Numbered from the stretch's first letter, positions 9,962 through 19,392 are shown. The stretch is DNA of 64,000 bases from Acidobacteriota bacterium (GCA_022340585.1 JAJDNS010000132.1:7967-71966); one strand, 5' to 3'. Numbers and translations are program-made. The notes: generated by a model not told the origin, from the sequence alone.

Positions 9962-12058
9962 GTGACCGGCCAGGAGAGCTGGGCTCGACTGGACGAGCTC
10001 CTGGACGGCGCCCTCCACCAGCCGCCGGAGCTGCGCCATGGGTGGGTCGTCGAGGCGTGTGGCGGAGACGAGGGGCTGCGCGCGCGCGTCGAGTCGCTCC
10101 TCGCGCTGGCCGAGGGGAACGATGCCGACCTCACACCGGCAGGCGCCCTCCGGGGACCCCTCTGGGACGAGTTCGTGAAGGAGCTCGAGCCTGAGGAGGA
10201 CCCCGGGCTGCCACCGGGCAGTCGCCTCGGCCCCTACGAGATCCGAGGGCTTCTCGGGGCCGGCGGGATGGGCCGAGTCTACCGCGCGTACGACCCGGGA
10301 CTGGATCGGGACGTGGCGATCAAGGCCCTCTCCGGGCACTTCGCGGCCGAGCCGACGAGCCTCCGACGCTTCCAGCGGGAGGCCAGGCTCCTCGCCCATC
10401 TCGATCATCCGAACATCGCGAGCATCCACGAGGTCCACGTCTTCGACGGGCGACCCCACCTGGTGCTCGAGCTGGTCGAGGGAGAAACCCTGGACGAGAT
10501 CCTGACTCGGGGAGCCCTTCCTCCCGGGGAAGCCATTACCATCGCCCGTCAGGTGGCAGAGGCTCTCGAGGAGGCCCACGGGAAGGGCATCATCCACCGC
10601 GACCTGAAGCCATCGAACGTCAAGGTCTCGCCGGACACGCGGGTCAAGGTGCTCGACTTCGGCCTCGCTCGACGTGTCGCCAGGGGTGCCGGCCCGGGCG
10701 CGTCCTCCAGCGGCACGCTCACGCGGGAGGGAGCGGTCCTCGGCACCATCCCCTACATGAGCCCGGAGCAGGCCCAGGGCGAGCGTGTGGACGAGCGGAC
10801 CGACATCTGGGCCCTCGGGTGCCTGCTCTACGAGATGCTCACCGGCCGTCGGGCGGTGCCCAGCCAGACCGTTCCGGACCTCATCGCGTCCCTGCTGCGC
10901 GACGAGGTGGACCTCTCGGCCCTTCCCGCCGAGACGCCACCCGCGCTCCACCGCCTCATCCGGCGGTGCCTCCGGAGAGACCCTCGCCAGAGGTTCCAGG
11001 ACGTGGGCGATGCGCGCCTCGACCTGGAGGAGCTCGAAGGTGGGCCGGAGACGCAAGGGGCCCGTCCGTCGTCCGTCGCGGCGGGCGGACGGTGGCCGGC
11101 GACGGTGCCGTGGGCCCTGGCCGCGTTGGCGATGCTCGGGGCCCTGGCGATCGCCCTGCTCGGCCCCGGGAGGAGTCGTCCCCCGGGTGGGGACACGGTC
11201 CGGCAGTTCGTGCTCGACCTGCCCCCGGACGTGTCGCTGCCCCGAAATGACCACGCCTCGCCCGTGGCACTGTCACCGGACGGCTCGACCGTCGTGCTGG
11301 TGGGGGAGGGCACCGACGCGGTGCGTCTCTACCGGCGGCGCCTCGAGCATCTCGACTGGACACCGCTGCCGGAGACCGAGGGCGCCGAGCAACCCTTCTT
11401 CTCCGCCGACGGACGGGAGGTAGGGTTCTTCGCCCGGGGCCGCCTCATGCGCGTGTCTCCGGACGGACAGAGGCCGTTCAGCGTCACCGAGATCGAAGGG
11501 CGCCCGTGCGGCGCCGCATGGGCGCCGGACGGGGCGATCGTCTTCGCCCCGTCCCGATCGTCCGGACTCGTTCGGGTCGAAGCCCGGGGCGGGGCTCCAC
11601 GCCCGATCACCGCGCTCGACGACGGCGAGCGTTCCCACCGCTGGCCCCAGGTGCTGCCAGACGGAAGGACGGTCCTCTTCACCGTCGAGCGCCAGCACTC
11701 GACGTTCGACGATGCGACGATCGAGACCGTCTCCCTGGAGACCGGGAAGCGCCGCCGGCTGATGCGTGGGGGCTCCCACGCTCGCTCGGTGCCAGGCGGC
11801 CACCTCGTCTACGCTCGCGGAGGACAGCTGTTCGCCGTGCCCTTCGACCCGGCCCGCTCCCGGGTCACCGGGGCGCCGGTCCGCGTCCTCGAGAGCCTGG
11901 CCTACGACCCGGGCGACGGAGGGACGAAGATGGCGGTTGCCGACGACGGCTCTCTCGCCTACGTACCCACGAACGTCTCCACGCAGGCACCCCGCCTCGT
12001 CCTCGCCCAGGGCTGGGCCCGGAGCCTCCTCACGCGCCGCGGCCCCGGGCGCTCGTGA
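9962..12058 (+). CDS. Membrane Ser/Thr protein kinase with C-terminal beta-propeller (TolB-like repeats)
   Basis: GAGGMG, VAIK, HRDLKPSN, DFGLA, YMSPEQ; TM helix; SPDG/APDG repeats. Confidence 0.92.
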   Translation: MTGQESWARLDELLDGALHQPPELRHGWVVEACGGDEGLRARVESLLALAEGNDADLTPAGALRGPLWDEFVKELEPEEDPGLPPGSRLGPYEIRGLLGAGGMGRVYRAYDPGLDRDVAIKALSGHFAAEPTSLRRFQREARLLAHLDHPNIASIHEVHVFDGRPHLVLELVEGETLDEILTRGALPPGEAITIARQVAEALEEAHGKGIIHRDLKPSNVKVSPDTRVKVLDFGLARRVARGAGPGASSSGTLTREGAVLGTIPYMSPEQAQGERVDERTDIWALGCLLYEMLTGRRAVPSQTVPDLIASLLRDEVDLSALPAETPPALHRLIRRCLRRDPRQRFQDVGDARLDLEELEGGPETQGARPSSVAAGGRWPATVPWALAALAMLGALAIALLGPGRSRPPGGDTVRQFVLDLPPDVSLPRNDHASPVALSPDGSTVVLVGEGTDAVRLYRRRLEHLDWTPLPETEGAEQPFFSADGREVGFFARGRLMRVSPDGQRPFSVTEIEGRPCGAAWAPDGAIVFAPSRSSGLVRVEARGGAPRPITALDDGERSHRWPQVLPDGRTVLFTVERQHSTFDDATIETVSLETGKRRRLMRGGSHARSVPGGHLVYARGGQLFAVPFDPARSRVTGAPVRVLESLAYDPGDGGTKMAVADDGSLAYVPTNVSTQAPRLVLAQGWARSLLTRRGPGRS

Positions 12059-12075
12059 CCCTGGACCGAACCCCG

Positions 12076-13176
12076 CTAGAAGTCGAATCCCAGGGCGAGG
12101 TTCAGGCGGATGTCGTCCTTCTCCGGAAAGGTCCCGTCAGAGCTCTGACGAGGCTTCTCGATCCGGTCCCAGACGAAGGTGACGTCGAAGTCGAGGGAGC
12201 CGATCAGGTCGAACTCGAAGCCGGTCACGAAGTGGTGGGTGTACCGCCCGGACTCCTCGTTCACGATGAAGAAACGATAGGCGAGATTGAAGTCGATGGA
12301 CCCGCTCAGCTCGTGGTCGTAGATCGTGGTGGCGACGAGGGAGGGCGTGCTTGCCGAGGTGGGTTCGCCCTCGAGCACGTCGTCGAAACGTGTGCTCTGG
12401 TAGGCGAGGCCCGCCGATACCTGCCAGTCGATCTTCGATGTGTCGACGATCTGATAGCCGGCCCCGGCGCCGATCGTGTACCGGTGCGCGACGTTCTGGA
12501 AGGGGTCGCGGAAGTACTCGCCGAGGACCGGCGAGAGGAAGAAGCGATCAGAGACGAAGCGGTCCCAGCCCACGATCGCACGCTGGTTGTCGCTGAGCGT
12601 CGTGTCCTCGGTCCGGCTGAAGTTCGCCAGGTAGTCGAGACTCATCCGGTTCTTGACCGTGCGCCGCATGAAGCCCACGTGGCCGTTGGTCTCGACCTGG
12701 TCGGTATTGCCCTGCCTGAAGTTGGCGCCCGCGCTGACCTTTCCCGACCAGTAGTTCCTCTCCCGGGGGGCGCCTGAGGTGATGCTGAGCACCTGGGAGC
12801 GCTCGATCTTCTGCTCCCGATCCCCCACCACCCGGACCTCGTCCCCGTCGACGAAGAGCTGCCCGACGGCGACGCCGCCCTCCACCAGCCCCACCTGCAT
12901 GGTCCCGGAGGAGCGGATCTTCTTGACGTCGTCGAAGTCGAAGGTCAGCTCGTCCAGCTCGTCGCTGTCGAACTCGAGGGAATCGTCGTACATGGCGATG
13001 ATCTCGCCCTTGAGCCACTCGTCCGAGACGATCTGGATCCAGTCGAACTCGTCCGGCAGGGGCGGCTCGAAGGCAGCCGTCGGGTCCTCCGCGGCCACGA
13101 CCGGTCCGACTGACAGCGCCAGAAGGGCAAGGATGGTACCGACTCCCCCCTGGAGCCTCGAGCGATTTCCGATCAT
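12076..13176 (-). CDS. DUF481-like outer-membrane beta-barrel protein
   Basis: Signal peptide; GNTD..E, GAGAGYQ, terminal LGFDF aromatic barrel signature. Confidence 0.75.
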   Translation of the reverse strand: MIGNRSRLQGGVGTILALLALSVGPVVAAEDPTAAFEPPLPDEFDWIQIVSDEWLKGEIIAMYDDSLEFDSDELDELTFDFDDVKKIRSSGTMQVGLVEGGVAVGQLFVDGDEVRVVGDREQKIERSQVLSITSGAPRERNYWSGKVSAGANFRQGNTDQVETNGHVGFMRRTVKNRMSLDYLANFSRTEDTTLSDNQRAIVGWDRFVSDRFFLSPVLGEYFRDPFQNVAHRYTIGAGAGYQIVDTSKIDWQVSAGLAYQSTRFDDVLEGEPTSASTPSLVATTIYDHELSGSIDFNLAYRFFIVNEESGRYTHHFVTGFEFDLIGSLDFDVTFVWDRIEKPRQSSDGTFPEKDDIRLNLALGFDF

Positions 13177-13241
13177 CGAGCGACCTCCCCGGCGGCGCCC
13201 GCCCGAGTGATTGCCCCGATGCCGACCGCCTCGTCTGAATG

Positions 13242-13318
13242 CTGAGGACCGAACCGGCCTGCGGCCGGATGCCCTGGCCAAGGACACGATTCCGCCATGG
13301 CGGTCGTGTCCTCGGCAG
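13242..13318. repeat. Palindromic dispersed repeat, copy A (intergenic)
   Basis: Near-identical to the reverse complement of 42040-42104; core hairpin AGGACACGAT...GTCGTGTCCT. Confidence 0.8.
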
Positions 13319-13395
13319 TAGCCTTCGACTGTAGCGCACGCCGCGGGTCCCGCAAAGCGGGCCGACCGCTCGCCGCCCCTGGCCCCGGCCCGGCG

Positions 13396-14193
13396 TCAGA
13401 AAATGCGGAGAATGGGGCTCAGGAGGACGCGGGCCCCGACCGGCCCCTCCGGGCCCCGCGCCGGCTCGAAGCGCCAGAGCGGCAGGACGCGGAGGACCGC
13501 CCGCTCGTGCGAAGCGCCCATGCCGGTCTTGATCCGGGGCGTGTGGATCCGCCCGTCGGTTCCCACGATCGCCTCCACCTCGACCTCGCCCTCCTGCCGG
13601 ATCCGGCCGGAGCCGTGGTGGTACCAGGGGTCCACCGAGAGGAGGGCCTCGGGCCAGGTCTCGACCTGGCGGCTCAGCATCTTCTCGTCGACGGGAGCGT
13701 ACACCTCCCGGCTCGCCACCTCCGCCGGGGCCTCGCCAGGTGGCAGATCGAACCCAACTCCCTTCGACCCCAGATAGGCTTCCGGCGTCTGCAGCACCCG
13801 GTCCACCTGCGCCCTGACCACCGAATCGTCAGTCCCCTCTCCCAGCCCTTCGACGAACAGGAGCAGCCCGGGCCGGACCTGCTCGCACCGTTCGGCCCGT
13901 CCCCGGACCTTCGGGAGGCCGATGTTGTCGAGGGAGAAGCGAGCCGTCCCGTCCTCGAAGGCCACTGCCCGCACGTGGACGGCCACGTCACACCCGCCGG
14001 CCAGCTCCTTCCCCGGTCCGGCCTTGACCGTCTGCGCGTCGCCGCCCCCGTGCGGCAGGACCCGGACCTCGCCCTGGTATCCGGCCAGCGGCTCGGGCAA
14101 GGTCGCAGGGCCAGCCGGAGTCTGGGGGCCGGCCGACCGGCAGGCCGTCCCGAGGACGAGGAGAAGAAGCACGGCGACTTCCTGACGCGTCAT
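13396..14193 (-). CDS. Putative lipoprotein with a TonB C-terminal-like domain
   Basis: Lipobox-like LGTAC; EGEVEVEAIVGTDGRI...WRFEPA...PV. Confidence 0.7.
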   Translation of the reverse strand: MTRQEVAVLLLLVLGTACRSAGPQTPAGPATLPEPLAGYQGEVRVLPHGGGDAQTVKAGPGKELAGGCDVAVHVRAVAFEDGTARFSLDNIGLPKVRGRAERCEQVRPGLLLFVEGLGEGTDDSVVRAQVDRVLQTPEAYLGSKGVGFDLPPGEAPAEVASREVYAPVDEKMLSRQVETWPEALLSVDPWYHHGSGRIRQEGEVEVEAIVGTDGRIHTPRIKTGMGASHERAVLRVLPLWRFEPARGPEGPVGARVLLSPILRIF

Positions 14194-14350
14194 GGGTCCT
14201 CCTTCGCACACCGCGGGTTCGCCGCGGACACGGTTGGCCAACCGGGATTTCGGCGCAGTGATGCGCCTCACTCTGCTCTCCGGACCGGTTTGCTCCCCAC
14301 GCACCCCGCTTACGAAATACAATCCTCCCGTCCTGCGAAAGGAGAGATTC

Positions 14351-15286
14351 ATGAAGCGCATCCTGACCGTCGCACTCGTCACCGCACTCCTGGTTCCGAC
14401 CCTGGCCCTCGCCCAGGACGTGACCCCCTCCCGCGAGGAGGTCATCGCCCTCACCTCGGGCTGGGACGGCGAGCGATTCGAAGACGGCCGGCCGAAGGTC
14501 CCTGACGCCATCCTCGAGCGCATGAAGAACGTCAACCTCGAGGAGGCCTGGTCCGTTCTCCGCGGGAAGAAGTTCGAGTGGCAGTACGAGGGACGCTGGA
14601 AGCTCGTGCACCTCGACCCGACCGAGACCATGGTCGGCCGGGCCCTGACCGCGACTTTCGTCCCGAAGCGGCCGGACCTCGACGCCGCCCTGACGAAGAA
14701 GGGACACGCCGACGGCCACGTGGGTGGCCGCAACTCCTGGCCCATCGACATGCTGCAGAAGGGTGACGTCTACGTGGCGAACGCCTTCAGCAGCTTCGAA
14801 GGAGGCCCAATCATCGGCGGGAACCTGAGCACCGCGATCTTCAAGAACTCCGGCAATGGCGTCGTCTTCGACGGCTCGGTCCGGGACATCGCCCAGATGG
14901 AGACGATCGTCGGCTTCAAGGCCTGGGTCCGCGACTGGCACCCGTCCTACAACTACGACAACATGCTCGTCTCGATCAATCGCCCAACCCGCATCGGCGA
15001 ATCCACCGTTCTTCCCGGCGACGTGGTGCTGGCCAAGCGCGGTGGCGTGATCTTCATCCCGCCCCAGCTGGCGGAGGACGTCTGCAAGACCGGCGAGCTG
15101 GTGCAGCTCCGCGACATGTTCGGCTTCCAGCGGATCAAGGAGGGGACCTACACCCCCGGCCAGATCGACCAGCGTTGGAGCGACGAGATGGAGAAGGACT
15201 TCTCCGGGTGGCTGAACGACCACATCGACGAGCTCCCGGTCCCGAGGGAGCAGATCCAGGAGCTCCTGAAGGAGAGAACCTGGTAG
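14351..15286 (+). CDS. RraA/HMG-aldolase-like protein with signal peptide
   Basis: DGRPKVPD, GRALTA, GVVFDGSVRD, VLPGDVVLAKRGGVIFIP; SD AAGGAG. Confidence 0.8.
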   Translation: MKRILTVALVTALLVPTLALAQDVTPSREEVIALTSGWDGERFEDGRPKVPDAILERMKNVNLEEAWSVLRGKKFEWQYEGRWKLVHLDPTETMVGRALTATFVPKRPDLDAALTKKGHADGHVGGRNSWPIDMLQKGDVYVANAFSSFEGGPIIGGNLSTAIFKNSGNGVVFDGSVRDIAQMETIVGFKAWVRDWHPSYNYDNMLVSINRPTRIGESTVLPGDVVLAKRGGVIFIPPQLAEDVCKTGELVQLRDMFGFQRIKEGTYTPGQIDQRWSDEMEKDFSGWLNDHIDELPVPREQIQELLKERTW

Positions 15287-15433
15287 CGGCCCGGCGAAGA
15301 GTCGAACCGTACACTGGCGGCCGACGCGGGAGGGCCTCATGGCCGATCCACACACGCGCCGTTCCTGCCTGCAGGGGGGCACGGTCGGCGCGGTGACCGG
15401 GGCCCACGGCGGCGGGCCGACGGAGGCGACTTC

Positions 15434-17080
15434 TTGAGTGCCACCGCCGAGCGTCCCGGTGCGTCCAGCCGCACGCGCCCGGTCGGCGCCGCGATCGCTG
15501 CGCTCGCCGCTCTTGGCGTCTCCACCTTCTCCTTCCTGCGGCCGACGAACTTCCGCGGCTACGACGAGTGGCTGATCTTCTGGATGCTCTCGCGCAGACT
15601 CATCTCGTTTCCGTACGCGAACCGGCCCTTCGGCCTCGTCTGGCACGTGCCGGCGTGGATGTTGGCGCCGGACCGGCTGTGGGGGTTCCAGCTGGTCCAC
15701 GCCTTCTGGCTGACGGTCGTCGGCGTGCTCGCCTTCCTGATCGTCCGGCGCCTCCTCCCGGGCCATCCCGATCTCGCCTTTCTCGGCGGCGCGCTGGCGA
15801 TCGCGTGGATGCCATCGGAGGAGACGCGGATCGCCACCGTGCAGATGATCCAATACAGCGGCTGCACGGCAGGCGCGCTCCTCGCCACCTGGCTGCTGCT
15901 CGAGGCTGGCCACCGGCGGAGCCGCGTGCTCCTGCTGGCTGCCGCCACCGTGGCGACCATCACCGCGCTGAGCTTCGAGGCAACGCTCCCTGTACTCGGC
16001 ATGGGCGCCGGGCTCCTGTTGCTCGGGAGCACTCGGGCAGAAGCGCGAAGACGACTGCCGTGGGCGGCAGGATGGCTCGTCCTGACCGCGGCCCTCGGCC
16101 TGCGAGCGATCCTGCCGGTCGTCACGCATCTCGAGAGCCTCGGCTACCAGCTCGGCGGCTCGAGCTCTCTCCGCCCCGCGAGGGGCGTGCTCCGGCACAC
16201 CGGGATCCAGCTGCGCTACCACCTCCATCCGCTGACCGACTTCCGAGTCGCGGAGCTGGCTGAGCCCGCGGTGTGGCTGGCCGTCGTCCTGTTCGTGGCC
16301 GGGCTCGTCGTCGCCACGCGCGGCCAACGAGAGGAGCCGCGAGGCGCGCCGGCGCGCGGCGCGATTGCGCTCGCCGGCCTCCTCGGGCTCGGGCACGCCG
16401 TCCTGGCCTACCTGCCCTTCCTGCTCACGCGTGGAGTTCGTGGCCCGGTGAGAACCGAGTTCTTGTCGGCCGCGGGGATCGGCGTGTTGATCGCGGCGGT
16501 GGTGGTCCTGGTGGCGTCGCTGGCCCCGCCGCGGGCGCGCCTGGTGGTGGTTGCGACCCTGGGAGCCTGGGTGGTGGCCGGGGGCACCGGCCGCACGATC
16601 GCGATGCAGCGGGAGTGGGACGCTAGCCTCTACGCCAACCAGCGGAGCACGCTGCAGCAGATCGGCGCCATGGCGCCGGGGCTTCAGCCGCACACGCTGG
16701 TCATCCTGATGCAGAGCGGGCATACCTGGTTCTACAGCTTCACGTTCTCCAAGGCCGTGGAGTACCTGTACGCGGACGCGGCGCGCGGCTGGGCCCCCGG
16801 CGCCGACCCATTTCTTCTCGAGGCGCGCCTCGAGCCGGACGCGGTGTGGTGGGAGCCGGACATCGCCACCCGGAGACCGTGGCGCCAGGACGTCGAACGC
16901 TACCGCCACGAGGAGGTGGTGGTCTTCGGCGAGGACGACGCGGGCCGCGTCCGGATGCTGGACACCTGGCCCGCAGATCTCGGCCCACTTCCGCCGGGCG
17001 CAAGGTACGCACCGCGCTCTCGAATCCGCGCCGAGGGTCCGGCGCCGACTCAGCTCGCGATCGTGTCGGCGCCGCGCTGA
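15434..17080 (+). CDS. Polytopic membrane protein, GT-C glycosyltransferase-like
   Basis: About 10 TM helices, GYDEW loop after the first TM; GGAGG 7 nt before TTG. Confidence 0.6.
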   Translation: MSATAERPGASSRTRPVGAAIAALAALGVSTFSFLRPTNFRGYDEWLIFWMLSRRLISFPYANRPFGLVWHVPAWMLAPDRLWGFQLVHAFWLTVVGVLAFLIVRRLLPGHPDLAFLGGALAIAWMPSEETRIATVQMIQYSGCTAGALLATWLLLEAGHRRSRVLLLAAATVATITALSFEATLPVLGMGAGLLLLGSTRAEARRRLPWAAGWLVLTAALGLRAILPVVTHLESLGYQLGGSSSLRPARGVLRHTGIQLRYHLHPLTDFRVAELAEPAVWLAVVLFVAGLVVATRGQREEPRGAPARGAIALAGLLGLGHAVLAYLPFLLTRGVRGPVRTEFLSAAGIGVLIAAVVVLVASLAPPRARLVVVATLGAWVVAGGTGRTIAMQREWDASLYANQRSTLQQIGAMAPGLQPHTLVILMQSGHTWFYSFTFSKAVEYLYADAARGWAPGADPFLLEARLEPDAVWWEPDIATRRPWRQDVERYRHEEVVVFGEDDAGRVRMLDTWPADLGPLPPGARYAPRSRIRAEGPAPTQLAIVSAPR

Positions 17081-17082
17081 CG

Positions 17083-17107
17083 TGGCGATCGTGTCCGTGG
17101 CAGGGGC
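17083..17107. repeat. Half copy (C) of the palindromic repeat
   Basis: TGGCGATCGTGTCCGTGGCAGGGGC matches the reverse complement of copy B at 24/25 nt. Confidence 0.65.
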
Positions 17108-17191
17108 GGCGACGGCCGACCGGCGGGACCCCGCCCGTCGTATCGCGTGTAGACTCTCGGTGCACTCAACCGGGAGGTCGCTGTGGGTCGG

Positions 17192-18124
17192 ATGATCGCC
17201 TCGTCTTCGAACAGTCTCGTGCCGGTACTGCTCGCCGCTGCGGCCCTCGCCGGCCTCGGGCCCGGGGCCGGGGCCGAGTGGAGGGCGGAGGCCGGTGCGG
17301 ACGAGACCGCGGTACGGCCGACGGCGGCCCTCGCCATGGAGGACCTGGTCGCCTGGTGCATCGTGCCCTTCGACAGCCGGAAGCGCACGCCCGAGGAGCG
17401 CATCGGGATGCTCGAGCAACTGGGGTTCACGCGGTACGCGTACGACTGGCGCACCGAGCACCTGGCCGACACCGCCCGCGAGCTCCGCCTCGCCGAGGAC
17501 CGGGGCATCGACGTGACCGCGGTTTGGCTCTGGATCGACGGTGAGGGGGACCGGCCCGGTCAGCTCCGGGAGGACAACGAGCGGGTCCTCGCCGCAGTGG
17601 CGGAGGCCGGGATCTCGACCCAGTTCTGGCTCGGCTTCAACGAGAACTTCTTCGAAGGCCTGAGCGGCGACGAGAAGGTCGCTCGGGGCGCCGAGATGGT
17701 GGGGTACCTGAGCGACCGGGCCGCCGAGACCGGGAGCCGCGTCGCCCTCTACAACCACGGCGGGTGGTTCGGCGAGCCCGAGAACCAGATCCGGATCATC
17801 GAGGCCCTCCCGGACCACGATGTGGGCATCGTCTACAACTTCCACCACGGCCACGAGCAGATCGACCGATTCGACACGCTGGTCGAGAAGATGAAGCCCT
17901 ACCTGTGGGTGGTGAACCTGAACGGCATGCGCCCGGAGGGACCGAAGATCCTGCCCTTTGGGACCGGCACGCACGAGAGGGCGATGCTCCAGCGGGTGCT
18001 CGACGCGGGCTTCAAGGGCCCCTTCGGCGTGCTGGGCCACGTCGACGATGCGGATGTGAAGGTGATCCTCGAAGGCAACCTGAAGGGCCTGGGCGTTCAC
18101 CGGGCGGCCGCGGCGACTCGGTGA
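17192..18124 (+). CDS. Exported xylose-isomerase-like TIM-barrel protein
   Basis: Signal peptide; AWCIVPFD, LYNHGGWFGEPEN, VYNFHHGH, NLNGM. Confidence 0.75.
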   Translation: MIASSSNSLVPVLLAAAALAGLGPGAGAEWRAEAGADETAVRPTAALAMEDLVAWCIVPFDSRKRTPEERIGMLEQLGFTRYAYDWRTEHLADTARELRLAEDRGIDVTAVWLWIDGEGDRPGQLREDNERVLAAVAEAGISTQFWLGFNENFFEGLSGDEKVARGAEMVGYLSDRAAETGSRVALYNHGGWFGEPENQIRIIEALPDHDVGIVYNFHHGHEQIDRFDTLVEKMKPYLWVVNLNGMRPEGPKILPFGTGTHERAMLQRVLDAGFKGPFGVLGHVDDADVKVILEGNLKGLGVHRAAAATR

Positions 18125-18168
18125 AGTCGCGGCGCCGGTACGAGGCCACGGAGCTGCTAGACTGGGGC

Positions 18169-18474
18169 ATGGCTCTTCTGCGCCCGCGAGACGAGCGGCC
18201 CGATTTCGCCACGAGACGGCGGATCCACACCGTCGTGCGGTGCCCACTGAACGGGCACCAGGCCGGGGCCTGCCGGGGGCTGTGCGAGCCCTCGCCCGAG
18301 GGCGACGGGCTGTGCGGACGGCTGGCCGCTCACGCCCTCGTCGGGCGCACCCAGGCCGCCATCGCCGCCCACGAGGCCGAGAAACGCACGGGAGCGTTGT
18401 GGGTGCGCCCGGGTCTGCCCCGGCGGCCCCCCCGCACGCTCGCCCGTCTCGACCAGACGCGCCGCGGCTTCTAG
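18169..18474 (+). CDS. Small Cys-rich hypothetical protein (alternative start GTG 18121)
   Basis: C-x9-C-x3-C-x9-C motif; extended -10 TGcTAGACT ends 5 nt before the ATG. Confidence 0.5.
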   Translation: MALLRPRDERPDFATRRRIHTVVRCPLNGHQAGACRGLCEPSPEGDGLCGRLAAHALVGRTQAAIAAHEAEKRTGALWVRPGLPRRPPRTLARLDQTRRGF

Positions 18475-18662
18475 GCCGCCCCACACGCTGGGCAACGAGG
18501 CGACGGGTCCCATGACCCACGTGGCAGGATGCCATGAACGAAGCGCACACAGGTGTGCTGAGACCGGACGCAAAGTACTGAACCCGGTTCAATAGCTTCC
18601 CGGAAACCTTCTCTTCGCCCTTCAGTTCGCCCCTCTTGCCACGGTTCGGTCGAATTGTCATG

Positions 18663-18718
18663 TTGACGGAGCGCTGAGCGGGTATACCTTTAAGGCCGCG
18701 AACTATTAACGCGGTTAA
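18663..18718 (+). promoter_or_regulatory. sigma70 promoter plus palindromic MarR-type operator
   Basis: TTGACG-N16-TACCTT (18663-18690); TTAAC-GCG-GTTAA (18706-18718) in an AT-rich patch just before the ATG. Confidence 0.6.
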
Positions 18719-18721
18719 CCG

Positions 18722-19360
18722 ATGCCCGGTCAGGCGACTCGTCGCGACTCGGGTCCTCGGGACAGCGTGAGGGCCGAGGGGAACGTGAGCCTCCTCGGCC
18801 TTCTGCGTCAGACTCACATCTTCGCCTCCACCGTCAGGGAGATCCTGGAGGTGAAGCTCCTGCGTGAGGTCAGCGACGCTCCTCTCACGCTTCCCCAGTT
18901 CCACCTCCTGAAGCTGATGGCCCGTGACGGGCGGCACCAGGTGAGCGAGGCCGCGCGCTTCCTCGGGGTCAGCCCCCCGGCCGCCACCAAGAACATCGAC
19001 AAGCTCGAGGGGCTGGGTCTGATCGTCCGGGCCCGCTCGACCGGGGATCGTCGCGCCACCCTGCTCTCGGTCAGCCCGGAGGGGCGGCGACTGGTCGAGG
19101 AGTACGAGCGGAGAAAGGCGCAGCTGGTGACCCCGGTGCTGGAGCGTTTCCGGCCCGAGGAGCTGGCACAGCTGACCACCCTGATGGAGCGCTTCTCGGT
19201 GTCGCTGCTCGAACGGGAGACGCCGGAGGCGGGCTTCTGCGCTCGATGCTGCGGGTACGTGGAGTCGGGGTGTCCCGTGGACTGGCTGCTGGGCGACTGT
19301 GCGTTCCGAAAGCTCCGCGGCCCATCACCCAGAGAGAAGAAGGGGGCGCGACCGTCGTGA
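18722..19360 (+). CDS. MarR-family regulator with a Cys-rich C-terminal tail
   Basis: LTLPQFHLL, LGVSPPAATKNIDKLE, DRRATLLSVSPEG; tail CARCCGYVESGC...C. Confidence 0.85.
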   Translation: MPGQATRRDSGPRDSVRAEGNVSLLGLLRQTHIFASTVREILEVKLLREVSDAPLTLPQFHLLKLMARDGRHQVSEAARFLGVSPPAATKNIDKLEGLGLIVRARSTGDRRATLLSVSPEGRRLVEEYERRKAQLVTPVLERFRPEELAQLTTLMERFSVSLLERETPEAGFCARCCGYVESGCPVDWLLGDCAFRKLRGPSPREKKGARPS

Positions 19361-19392
19361 GCGAAACTCCGCCACCGGCCGGAAGGAACGAG

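Noticed and set aside
13988-18937. 1649-aa minus-strand ORF
   Set aside because: Antisense shadow of recognisable plus-strand genes in high-GC DNA; Arg/Pro/Gly-rich with no motifs
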